In this document: positions 36,450 through 49,123 of the stretch, one piece after another
Numbering within the stretch: position 1 is the first letter of the stretch
Layout of the letters: each line of letters begins with the position of its first letter
From: Paraspadella gotoi
Lineage: Eukaryota > Animalia > Chaetognatha
Length of the DNA: 64,000 nucleotides
Assembly: GCA_051294375.1 (NCBI GenBank)
Contig: CM119267.1
Coordinates: 3,925,260-3,989,259 of the forward strand
Reading direction: 5' to 3'
The notes under the pieces: model-generated
Database searches by the model: none
What the model was told of the DNA's origin: nothing
What the model saw: the letters and a program-made list of their open reading frames with translations, nothing else
Program-made: the position numbers and the translations under genes

Positions 36450-39300
36450 AAATATTATACTAAATGGAAGAGAAAGATTATTATGGAACCGCATACAATC
36501 AAACCAGCTTGTACATTAGATGAAATATTTTTAAAATTCTATGCTGAAATATCAGATAAACACGAATATCTCCTAACCAATCTTTGCTGGAGATCCTAAT
36601 TCTTCACAACTCTTTACTAGGTGGAAGATTACCACACACACAAGGTGCAGCATCTGTTATCTTCATATCTCTACATACAAACTATTTCGGGCTACATCGG
36701 AGATTTCTACACCATTAGTAGTCAACTGGTGAAGCAAATGTCTTGGATATCGTTTAACGACGGTCAGTCTGTCCACAAAGATTGAATCCAGTACGGTCCT
36801 AGATGAACGTAGGATCAGATCATTTGCCCTTCTTACACTGAACTTTTACCTTAAATATTATATACACACAAAGCTACTCCTAAAACTACAGATTGAATAA
36901 AATTTCGCGAAAACATTAAAAAGAAAATTCACTGTATAAACAGATCGTGTTTCTAATACCAATGAATTTAGAATAAAAAGATTGGAAACCTTTTCAAACT
37001 TATCATTAATTCTTAATAACAAAAAGTACTGTACAAAAACCCACCTTCACCAAAAATGCAATAAAATAGACATATCACACAAAACCTTGTCAAAAAGGAA
37101 AAGAAGAATGTCTCAGAAAAAATTTGCAATTACAGAGAAAATGTTTTTTTCAGGCTCCACCTAAACATCAAACAGGAATATAATTACACTCCTGCGCAAA
37201 GTTTTACAACATATGCAAACAAACGTGTTTAGCGGAACACTACAATATGAAGTAAAAGAATACTTTCTGAAAAGACGCTGCGAAAAAATGGAAAATGATC
37301 AATATATAATTATTTAGTTTACAGATCAATGCTACTGTCGTCGCGATGGGATCAGTAGCAGAGGACAATGCTGCTAACGCTCAGAACGTTTTTTGGCAGA
37401 AACATTAGAAGGTATGTTAGGCACTAACGGTACCAGAAAAGAAGACTGGGCAAAATAAAATAAAAAAATTTGTCGCCGGATAATCATGCACATCTGTCAC
37501 CCAGCAACAATCAAAAGAAATTAATGACCCTGAATTGAATCTTTTTATTAAAGATGCTCCGATTGGATAAACCGCTAATTGAAATAATCAAAACACTTAA
37601 GATAAGATCTGCAGCTGGGTAGATTTTGTAACCATCCTCATGCTTCGTAATTTGCCCGATAGAAAGCTTGTTGACTCTGGCAACAATACTATATGAAAGT
37701 TGTTTTCCGTTTTTGGGTAACTTTCCCCGAGTGTTGGAAACCTGGCCCTGATTCGTAATTCCTAAAAGTGGTAAAGACGCTAACAACTCCAGAAATTAAT
37801 CGACCCAGTAGCCTTTTGTCCTGTCTCTGCGGACAAACTTCTTGAAAGGTTAATTCTTCCGGACTAATTACGATGTTAAAAGCTGCAGGTGCAGAAATTC
37901 TCTTGCGAATCAGGATATCGAAAGGACGATCTGCCCCTGAAAACATGTCCGATTTAATTGAAGACTCCACAGATGCTTTAAAGCCCAGAGCTGCCAACCA
38001 TACCTTGGTCACTCTCGATTACAGCATAAGGCCTTTGATAACATCTGGAGCATCGATTGGACTTCGTTACAAGCTAATTAGGTCTGGAATATCTAAACGA
38101 TACTGTCGTGTCTTTCTTAACATCCCTTTCTAAGCTAATAGAAGCTTCTGCGTCGTCAGTCGAGGTGAGCAATCACGGAGAGCTTATGATTCTGTGTGGA
38201 TCTCCACAGAAGGAAGCGGTTCTCAGTCCCTGAATATTATTTGCTTCTTTACGTCGGTGACTTACCCATTTTCTGCCCCAAGGCCATTAAGCATTACACA
38301 ATCATCTCATCCTACGTTCATCCGATCATATCAAGATCACAGAAGATAATTCACCTCTCGATCAACTGATTTCAAGGTGGTGCCTCTTGATGTTTATGAG
38401 AGTGCTGCAACACATATCGCAGACGATAACGCTTTGTGGGCTTTCCATCTAAAAGAACTCCGCATATACGCAGCAACAGGCTCAACGGACAACACTTCAT
38501 AAATTGAAACAGAGGTGCGAACTGTGGTTTTCTAGATCTTTGTCCAGATAAATCTAACTGTATATTATACAAGAGTTTTTAATCTTTTTTAACTTTCTCG
38601 CGCTTAATTTAAAACTTATTTTGGCTAGACCAAATTTCCAAATGTGTGACAACGTGAAAGTTTTAGCGGAGTGTATCAATTGATAAAATTCTTCGGACAT
38701 TTACGTCTAATGAATTTATTTAAAAAAGCAAAATGGTAAAAATTCTGGCAATCAATAGACTTCGCGTTTTGTACTGGGAATCAATATCGTTAGTCATATC
38801 AACTATTTCAAAGTCTTATAGTTTTCTTATTTTCATACCTCTCTCCTTGTCTTCCTGTATGCTCGGTAATTATCACTGGATTGAAATTTGATCGCTTCAA
38901 TTAAATGAGCCATCGTATTTTTCAAAATTTAACCTAGTCATACTCCTATGTGCGAGCATATTAAGATGCCGCAGGCCAAATAATTATCATGATATGTTAA
39001 GAACTTGGCTGAACGGAGAATTGAAAAGAATTATCCCGAGGAATCAACCATTTGAACGAATGCTATTAACATATTAAATTCTAATACTATTCAGACAACA
39101 TTTCACGCATATCGAAACGCTGTTCGGGTGGATTCAATTCTATCACCAAAGGCGAAATACATCGCATCATCGTAATTGGCAAGATTTCATGCATGATGAA
39201 TCCTATCCGTAACTTAAATGTAATAAGAGCTTTTCTCTCATCGCTTATTCGTTTCTCTATCTTGCGCGTGCCTAAAGCCCATTGCGAATCGAGAAATCAA
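36450..39300 (+). pseudogene. Degenerate non-LTR retrotransposon (LINE) ORF2: APE endonuclease + RT
   Basis: Broken-frame motifs: IGDF (36696-36707), GSDHLP (36812-36829), IPKSGKD...RPxSLLS...KLLE (37758-37850), KAFD (38028-38039), PQ(G)xVLSP (~38204-38230). Confidence 0.75.
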
Positions 39301-39379
39301 AATTCACAATTCTCAGTCCTCCCAACTTATCTTTATCGCTAAAGTATCCAGTGTAATCGCGCGCACAAAAATAGTCTCT

Positions 39380-42300
39380 CCTGGTTATTCTTCGGGGGCT
39401 GATTTCGGACCTTATTTCAGTAGCCATTTCAGGTTTAATTTAGAATTATATTTTTTTTTAAATTAAAAGATTAGGCTAAGATTAAAGGTTAGGGATTTGG
39501 TTAGGAATTAGGTGGGATTAGATCAAAAATAATAAGAGAGAGAGAGAGGTTTTATAAGCCTTAAGAATATATATTTAGGATAAATATAAGGTTAAAATAC
39601 AAATTCTAGGATACAACAACCAGAAATAACGCACTATCGTCACGGCAAATAGATCAATTTTCCCGATACCTACATTAATCCGATACATCAATTCCCACTT
39701 CTTTTCTTTACCCTTTTTTTTTTGCTTCCTCCTCCTCTTCTCTTTCCTCTAACTCTTCTCTTCTCTTTGTTCCTAGTATCGTCTTTCTACCATTCTCGTT
39801 TCTCCTTCTCTCCTTTTCAAAAGTTATCCTATGTCCAATATCATCTTTTTCCAATTCCACCAAACATTTTTTCATCCGGGCTTCTTTCACGCGCCCGCAA
39901 ACAGGGGGGGGAGAGAGAAGGGGGGAGATGGGGGGACGAGGATGAGAGAGGGAGAGGGGGGAGAGAAGAGAGAAGAGAGAGAAGAGGAGGGGAGAGAGAG
40001 AGAGAGGGGGGAGGACTGGACGAAAAGCATTGTGTTCAATCTTATAATTTTCTATAGGAAAAAATAATCAAAGAACAGCAGAAAGGCTAATGATGTCTTT
40101 GGAGGAAAAGAGAAAGAAAAAAAGAAAGAAGAGAAAGAAAAAAGAAAAGAAGAAATTAAAAAAAGAAAAAGAAAAGAAAGAAGAAGAGAGAAAGAAAGGA
40201 AACAAGAGAAACAAAAGAAACAAAGAGAAACGAAGTTTACAAAGAAAAGAAAATAAGGAAAAGAAAGGAAAAGAAAGAAGCAAATTGAAATAAAAGAAGT
40301 AAATTAGAGTAACAAAAAAACAGAGAACAAAGAAAAGAAAAAAACAAAAGATAAAAAACAAAGTTAGGAAAAAAATAATTAAAACAAAAAATTTTAAAAA
40401 AGTAAAAGGAATGAAGAATAAGAGACAAAATAAAGAAAAAATTTTAAAACCGTAAAGAAAAGAAGAATAAGATGAAAATGAAAAATAAGAAAAAAGAATC
40501 AAAAATCAACTAGATCTCTGTAGTAGAAATAACACAAGATTCCCTCAGCATGAAAAAAATAAAAACCCGCCGAGTGAAAGACTGACCGACCTGAAACAGA
40601 TAAGAAAAGATCGCAAAAAAAAAAGACAAAAGAAAAACCCACCAAGAAAATATGAAGTAAAACGAAAAAGGAAAAATCAAAGGACAAAAGGAAGGAACAA
40701 GGGCTATTTTCCCAGAACGCCCAATTTCATGCTTGAATTTATAATTAAGTTAATTTTTTTATTAAAAGATATAGTTAAGGGTCACTGGTTATGGGATAAG
40801 GATAGCGTAATAGGTGTGAAGATTAAAGTTAGGGATTAAAGTTAGTGATGAGCCTTAAGGTAGTGAGTTTGCGGCAATAAAAGTTTATGGCTAAAGGTTA
40901 GGGGCTTAGAAATTAAGCTTATACCTTTGGGTTATAAGTTTGATATATAATTACAATTAAATATTAAAGATAAACTAAATTATGGGCGTACAAGGAAAAG
41001 AAATGCGGCGCTCTGCAGAAAGAGACGAGAGAAGTAACTTTTTTTTTTTTTGTTTTTGAGTTTTTTTGTTCGTTTTAGTTGTTTTTGAATGCCAGCCATC
41101 TGCTAAAGAGTCCGTTATATTGAACATATTCGTCGTTTACGTGGTGTCGAAGCGTTTAATTGAATCTCCGCGCGGCCGGAATTCTTTACAGCCTTCCTAT
41201 TATCTTCCTTCGATTTCAGCCTGGGCGTCAATTTTATTTTTAATTCTCCGTCTCTATTTCGCGGGTAAGATTTTGTTTTTTAGGAATGCAGTCTTCACTG
41301 TTGGTTTGTTTGTATTTGAACAGCTCGCTGACGACCTGTGTTGTCTGACTCGTACTCAGCTCACGACTGGGCGCCAACGCAATTGTATAATTAATCATTA
41401 TAGTAGTATTGAACGCATTATTTTGGGGACTTGAAAAGAAGATTAAGCCTGAAATTGCTATCATAGTGTGGCGGGAAAGCGGCTTGACGAATAGAGATAG
41501 TTTTTCCGCTCATTTCATAGACGCTAATCGCCATTATAATAGGCGTTTTTTACGTGATCGATAATCGGCCAATGTGACGGTTGCAGACAAAATCAACCCT
41601 TAAATCTGGAAGAGGCGGGGAACATCTCAGCGTTGTGGTCTAACTCTGTTATTGACGTTCAGCCAAACGACGCAACTGCCCTCATTTGCGCGCCAAACAA
41701 ACTCCAAGATTGCGGGAGCTCGCGTTTTCGTAACAATCGCAAAACTGCAAAACTTATCCCGCCAACTGCCGAGACCGGATCGCTGCTCTTTGACGACGAA
41801 CATTTATTACATATTATTGCTAAGTCAATGCAATATGAAGAATGAAGAAACNNNNNNNNNNNNNNNNNNNNNNNNNTCCTGGTTATTTGGGGGGGGGTGA
41901 TTTTCGGCCTTATTTTCCCAGTACGCCCCATTTCAGGTTTAATTTAGAATTATATTTTTTTTAAATTAAAGATTAGGCTTAAGATAAAGGTTAGGGATTT
42001 GGTAAGGAATTAGGTGGGATTAAGATCAAAAATAATAGTTTAGGGTTAGGAATGTTTTATAGCGTTAAGAATATATTTAGGATAAATATTAAGGTTAAAA
42101 TAAAATTCTAGGATAAACCAACAGAAATAAGGCAATCTCGGAAAAGAGATTCTAATTTTCCGTACCTACATTATATCCGATACATCAATTCCCACTTCTT
42201 TTCTTTAACCCTTTTTTTTTTGCTTCCTCCTCTTCTTCCTCTTCCTCCTACTCTTCCTCTTCCTCTTTGTTTCCTCGTTCCTAGTCTCGTCTTTCCTACC

Positions 42301-44160
42301 ATTCGTTTTCTCCTTCTTCTCCTTTTCAAAAGTTATCCTTCCAAATATCATCTTTTTCCCAATTCCNNNNNNNNNNNNNNNNNNNNNNNNNNNNNNNNNN
42401 NNNNNNNNNNNNNNNNNNNNNNNNNNNNNNNNNNNNNNNNNNNNNNNNNNNNNNNNNNNNNNNNNNNNNNNNNNNNNNNNNNNNNNNNNNNNNNNNNNNN
42501 NNNNNNNNNNNNNNNNNNNNNNNNNNNNNNNNNNNNNNNNNNNNNNNNNNNNNNNNNNNNNNNNNNNNNNNNNNNNNNNNNNNNNNNNNNNNNNNNNNNN
42601 NNNNNNNNNNNNNNNNNNNNNNNNNNNNNNNNNNNNNNNNNNNNNNNNNNNNNNNNNNNNNNNNNNNNNNNNNNNNNNNNNNNNNNNNNNNNNNNNNNNN
42701 NNNNNNNNNNNNNNNNNNNNNNNNNNNNNNNNNNNNNNNNNNNNNNNNNNNNNNNNNNNNNNNNNNNNNNNNNNNNNNNNNNNNNNNNNNNNNNNNNNNN
42801 NNNNNNNNNNNNNNNNNNNNNNNNNNNNNNNNNNNNNNNNNNNNNAGAAATAAAGAATGAAAAAAAAATAAGAAAAAAAAAATAAAGAAAGAAAGAAAAA
42901 AAAATCAAATCAACTCGATTTCTGTATAAAATAACAAAAGATTCCCTCAGCATGAAAAAAAAAATAAAAACCCGCGAGTGAAAGACTGACCGACTGAAAA
43001 CAGATAAGAAAAAGATGCGCAAAAACAAAAGACAAAAGAAAAAACCCAAGAAGAAAATATGAAGTAACAAAAGGGGAAAAAAAAATCAAAGGACAAAAGG
43101 AGAGAAAAGGGCCTTATTTTCCCAGAACGCCCAATTTCATCTTGAATTTAAAATTAAGTTAACTTTTTTAATTAAAAGATTAGGTTAAGGGTCATGGTTA
43201 TGGATAAGGATAGGTAATAGGTTGAAGATTAAAGTTAGGGATTAAGTTAGTGATGAGCCTTAAGGTATAGAGTTTGGGCATAAAAGTTTATGGCTAAAGG
43301 TTAGGGTTAGAAATTAAGCTTATACATTGGGTTATAAGTTTTGATATATAATTAAATTAAATATTAAAGATAAACTTAAATTCTGGGGTAAAGGAATAGA
43401 AATTGGGCGCTCTGAGAAAATAGAGACGAGAGAAGAACTTTTTTTTTTGTTTTGTTTTTGTTTTTTTGTTGTTTTATTGTTTTGAATGGCAGCCTCTGCT
43501 AAAGAGTCCGTTATATTGAATATCTCGTCGTTTATGGTTGACGTTTATTGAATCTCCGCGCGGCGGAATTTTTAAGCCTTTCCTATTATCTTCCCTTCGA
43601 TTTACGCCTGGGGTCAATTATTTTTAATTCCCCTTGTCTCTATTTCGCGGTAGATTTTGTTTTTAGGATGCGCTTTTGTTTGGTTTTAATCTTGACGCTG
43701 TGTTGTCGGTCGGTACTGCGCCAGACGCATTTATAATTAATATCATTATAGTATTGAACCATTATTTGGGGACTTGAAAAAAGAATTAGCCTGAAATTGA
43801 TATAGTGTGGCGGGAAACGTTGACGATAAATAGTTTTCCGCTCATTTTCTAGACCTAATGCCATTAATAATGGCGTCTTTTTCGTGATCGATAATCGCCA
43901 ATTGACGGTTCGGACAATATCAACCTTAAATTTGGAAGAGGCGGGGAACATCTCGCGTTGGTCTTCATTTATTGACGTTCAGCAAACGACCAACGCCCTC
44001 ATTTGGCGCCGCCAAACAAATCCCAGATTGCGGAGGCCTCGCGTCTTCGTAACATCGCAAAACTGCAAAACTTTCCCGCCAACCCGAGACGCGGATCCTG
44101 CTCTTTGACGACGCATTTATTACATATTATTGCTAAGTCAATGCATATAGAATGAGAAAC
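39380..44160. repeat. ~2.4-kb tandem duplication across a 25-N gap (39380-41851 vs 41877-44160)
   Basis: Colinear copies differing mainly by small indels; the junction lies exactly at the gap 41852-41876. Probably an assembly artefact. Confidence 0.85.
43113..43423. mobile_element. MITE-like element with ~25-bp TIRs and degenerate (TTAGGG)n-like core
   Basis: TTATTTTCCCAGAACGCCCAATTTC vs GAAATTGGGCGCTCTGAGAAAATAG (22/25 inverted match); related copies at ~1472-1890, 2240-2555, 20760-20976, 39410-39650, 40704-41024, 41909-42148 and 50395-50650. Confidence 0.65.
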
Positions 44161-45762
44161 CGAGTTCTTTGTTATAACGAATTTATAAATAATAAATTTG
44201 GATTCGCCAACGAAAAAAAAAAATAATTCGGCGGAAAAAGGGACTCGGAAAATGCCAAAATCTCTTTTTCCTCCCCAACCGACTTTCTATCTCCATTTTT
44301 TCTTTTCTTTCTTTATCTTTTCTTTCTTTTCTTCTTTCCTTTTTTTTTTTCTTCTCTTTCTTTCTTTTCTTTCTTTCTTTCTTTTTTTTTTATCTCATTC
44401 CTGCTCTCAACGCCTTCTATCTCCAGTTTGTCCCTTGTCGTCTGTTCGTCTGCTTTCTTCTTTTCTCTTTTCTTTCTTCTTCTTTCTTTCTTTCTTTCTT
44501 TTCTTTTTTCTTTTCTTTCTTTTCTTCTTTCTTTCTTTCTTTATTTCATCTCCGCTCCTCACCTCTCCGTATTCTCGGCTTTCTGTCTCTCTTACCCCCC
44601 CCTCGTCTCATCTGGGTCCTCTGCTCCCTTTTCTTCCCTCACGTCTTTTCTTCTACCACTCTTCCTTCCCTCGTCCCTCCTCTCTCTCCTCTCTCTCTTC
44701 TCTTCTATCTTCCCATAATATTTCACCGCATCGCCTCGAGACTTCCACTGATCTCCCATCCTTCCCCCGTATGCTCGCTCCCGACGTCCCATAGTCGACC
44801 TGGAACCGAACTTTCCCGGCCTCAAATCTGCGTCGGCCGACGCCTTCCGCTTCCGCCTCTACAGCCACCACCGCCTTAACGCCGACACCACCCTTACCAC
44901 CCTTACCCACCTTGACACCTTGTCCCAGCCCCCGCCACCGCCTCACCCACCAATCAAACACACTCGCGCCGCCTTCTGTGCCCGCAGCCGTGCAGCCCCG
45001 GGACCCGCCTTGCGTCATGGACAAAATAAGAGAGAGAAAACAACCATGAGAGAGAGAGCAGAGAGAAAGAGAGAGAGAAGAGAGATGAGAGAGAGAGAGA
45101 GGAGGCATATGGTTTGACTTCCTCTCCACTATCTTCGACGCTGATTGGTCCGATCCGCGACGTTCCCACGCCGCGCACCTACCCCGCGCGACGGAGTAGG
45201 TTCGCTTCCTGATTCGCTCGTCTTCGCTCGCTGCGCAAGGAAAGGATCTCTATCCTTCTCCTTTCTCACTCTCTCTCCTTCGCTCCCTCTTTCGCTTGCA
45301 GGTCTTAAGTCGCGCGTTCTCGCTGGCTGGTCTTACTCGTCGAAACATTTTGGCCATCTGACAATGAGGAGATAGAACAGTTATCTTCATTTTCTCATGA
45401 AAAAAATCACCGTTCATGGCAATAGGGAAACAAGTATTCTGATGTTAGCATTTTTATCGTCGCAATCGCTATCACGCACTTGCCCGATGAATTATTGTAT
45501 TGCTTTTTGCCCATAGAGTGGGCGTTCCGTCGGTTCGTCGTCGTCCGCGTTCCCATAATTATAGATCGCCCGTTTGAATGATTAAATTTGGTCAGGTGTA
45601 TGAAGCTGAAAATTTATATCACAGCTTAATTTCTTTTTTCCTCAAATTTAATTTTTTTAGTATCAAAAATTTGTCATTCAATCCAGATTTTCTTATGCTA
45701 TTGCGAACGATCCTTATGCTTTTAGATTTTTTTTTATATCAGAAAATGAATAACTTTTAAAA

Positions 45763-45798
<36 letters not shown>

Positions 45799-47060
45799 AA
45801 AAAAAAAAAAATCATAAAATAATTAAATTGGTATAAATTTTACTCTGTTACCACCGGGGTAGTTAGTTGGGTTATTCGGTAATAATTAAAGAAAAAAAAA
45901 TGTTTACGAATAATATATTTGTTAAAAAACCAGCGGAACGCCATAAAGCATTCTCTCTGTGGTGCGGGTCGAATAGTAACATATTTTACATCATAAAATT
46001 AGATCAAATGTGTTTTCCTCATAATTTCTAATCTGTGATTTATCACTTTACTCTTCTCAGCTCTGACTTCAAGTTTTCACTTTTCTTTTCTGTCTGTGGG
46101 AATGCTGACAGTGTTTAAACGGTCGCCGGTTTCGATTACCACTTGCTCTCTGATGCTCGGGCTAAAAGGGTGCTATAGACACCAGACAAGTCCTCAATAA
46201 TGTCTTATCCAGGATTCTTATCTGTTAAGATTTATTCAATCCTCTATAATAGTGTTCCTATCACGAAATTGTTTGAGAAAATCTGTAATGGCTAGTCATG
46301 GGTTTAGTAGAGTATATATTTGTGGTTATAGCAGTAAACATTTAATATAAACGAAAATTTCGTCTTAGTCTACAAATTTCTTTTAGAAATGCCTATAATT
46401 TTTCGGGCTGGGAGTAGCAGTGTGTGCTTAATTTGCAGAATTGTCGTTTAATTCCACGTCTTTGATGATTAGAGGTGGGAGGTGCTTACCTACTACGTTG
46501 CTTCGTCGAAATGCATTGGTTGTCCCAAATAATAAAAAAAGTCGCATAGACTTTCAGATATTACTTCAAAATTAAAAAAAAAAGGAATTGATATCTAACA
46601 AATAAAAAAGAGCTTAAAGCATAATAAGCTCCCGGCGTGTGAAGTAGTCGGCGGTTGATCTAAGCCATCCCGGATACTAACGTCGATATGTCGTGGTCAT
46701 GAGCTATCGTTTTTGGTGTCATTCTTGGTAGTTTGATCGATGGTGTTCTTTCTGCATTGTTTGGTGGTCGGTTCTCGGTTGGTCGGGAGGCAGTCGGTGC
46801 ATGGTGGTGTTTGGTTGTTTGCATGATGGCACTCAACGCTGTACTTGGTTGCTTCTGTTTGTCGCTGTGTGAATGGTATGCTTGAGCTGTTGTAGATCGC
46901 GTCTCCTGGATAGCGTGTACCGTGTCTGCTGTCTGCTTAAGAACTTATTGACGCGCCCTATCTTGCCATCCTTTAACGCTATATGCTTTGATCGGTACCC
47001 GATTCAGTCTACCGTTATGAAACAATTAATGTTTTTAGTTGATTGAAAAAAAATTTTTCG

Positions 47061-47159
47061 ACCTTCGAGCCGGATTCGAACCAAGCGACCTAAGGCATAA
47101 CTGCTCTGACCGCAACTACAGAGTCTCCGATCCTCTACCAACTTGACCTATCAAGATGG
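47061..47159 (-). tRNA. Intron-containing tRNA-Tyr(GTA), degenerate or poorly polished
   Basis: Plus strand CCTTCGAGCCGGATTCGAACC.AGCGACCTAAGG...CTACAG...CTCTACCAACT is the reverse complement of canonical eukaryotic tRNA-Tyr, with a ~17-nt intron after the anticodon and a downstream T-run. Several small indels are present. Confidence 0.7.
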
Positions 47160-49012
47160 AGATTTTTTTTCAATTGGCATAGTTCGCATTGGATTGCTCC
47201 CGAGTCGTTTATTCTTCCTAAAATGTCTGAATTCTGCTGCTGATGTTGTTGTCTCGGTGTAGACTCTTGTTGATCGTGGTGGTTGGTGCTGGGAAGACGT
47301 TTTCTGGGTGGGACTGTCTAGGTGCGTGTGGTGAAGAGACGTGATGGAGTGGGGATAGGTTAAATGTGATAAGGGACTTGTACTTGCTAACAGTAATGTG
47401 GTTGTGTGGGCGATTGTGCGGTATACCACTTACTAAAAAGAAATTTTCAGGTATCCTTCAACTCATAGAATATTCATCCCCTTTCTCGATGAATATTTGC
47501 GTCGTTGTAATACTGTATTTGATGTGATGTTTGCGGTATTTGGGTGACGTCTGTCGTGTTGGTGGTTCTGGCTATTGGTCAGGCTGATTTCGTTTAGTAG
47601 AAACCTATTCATGTCTTCTCCGTTTTCTATCTCAGCATTGTTAGATCACTTTGTAAGAAGAAGCGTGGATGAGAAAATAATTAAAAAAATGAGAAAAGAA
47701 AAAACTTAGAGACAGAAGACAACTAGTAGGAGACGGAGAGACGGAGGAAAAAGAGGTCCTGAGCAGCGTATTTTTCGCCACCCTAGACCCGACGAAGATC
47801 GCCCGTCGGTAGAGAAAGGAAGAGGATATCTCGCTTCATTTTTCCGAGAGTCACCGCACGCGCGGGCATGACCTGCCGCTACGCTTCGACCGGCGGTAAA
47901 GAGAAGAGAAGGAGCGGACAGATGAGGGGAAGCCTTTGTTACTACCGCCGGCTCGGTCGATTGATCGACCAAACCCCATGAGAGAGATGACGAGAGAGAC
48001 TGGAGAGACGAACGGAGAGACGAGAAGAGAGAGTCAAAGACAGAGATAGAAAGAAAGAAAAAAAGAAAAAAAGAAAGACAGAAAGACAGAGATAGTGCTC
48101 CACAAGGACTCTCGAAATTCGCGGAATATTTTGACATAAGACCCAAGGATGTTATTACTGGACCTGAACCTTCATAAATAATGCATCGCGCCTCTCTATC
48201 TCGTTCCTCTCTCTCTTTTCCCCTCTCTCTCTTTTCCTTTCTCTCTCTCTCTCACTCTCTCTCTCTCTCTATCTCTTTCTCTCTCTCTCTCTCTCTGAAG
48301 GAAGGAAGGAAGGAAGGAAAAAAGGCTGAAAGGAAAAAAAAGAGAGAAAAAAAAACACCATCTGACAAAACGATTGCTCGCCAGAAGCGGTTTCATTGGG
48401 TGATCAACTTGAGACCCCGAAAATTTATATTTAAAAAAAAAACAACTCGAAACATCAAACACGATGTTCTTTTATTCGAACCCGACTTTGTTTTATTTTT
48501 TTTCGACGAAACAGAAAAAAAGAAAACAACCAAAAAAAATACTGTCGCTACGGACCTTCTCGGCTCATGACCGCCGGAAGTGCCAAAGACATAAAATGAA
48601 ATAAAAGAAAATTAAAAAAAAGGGGGGAAAAAAACACCAACAGAAATGGAAACATTATTCCTTGGAATCGGAGGAAGGGCGGCGGCAGAAGAAAAGCGAG
48701 ACTGGGCCCGAGACGATCGGCAGGCTGCTCGGCGGCGGCGGCGGCGGCGGGCGGCAGAGCGGGATTCTTTTCAACGTCGCTCCCGGAGAGAAGGTTAAAC
48801 CAAGGATGCAGAGTCGATTCGCCAAGGACGTCGCGGACTCGCGAGTCGGCTGAGGATGAGTCTCCTAACGTCGCTTGGCAACGGCGATCAACACCCTTGA
48901 CGCGCTGAGTCTCGTCTCGAGGTCGTTTCGCGCTGAGAAGTTCGATGGCGGAGAGAGATGGAATGGATCGGAGAGAGATGGAATCGCTCGTGGGGAAAAA
49001 AAGGGAACCATT

Positions 49013-49123
<111 letters not shown>

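Noticed and set aside
41066-41850. Higher-complexity segment inside the duplication as a possible coding remnant
   Set aside because: The two copies disagree in frame, and I recognise no motif.
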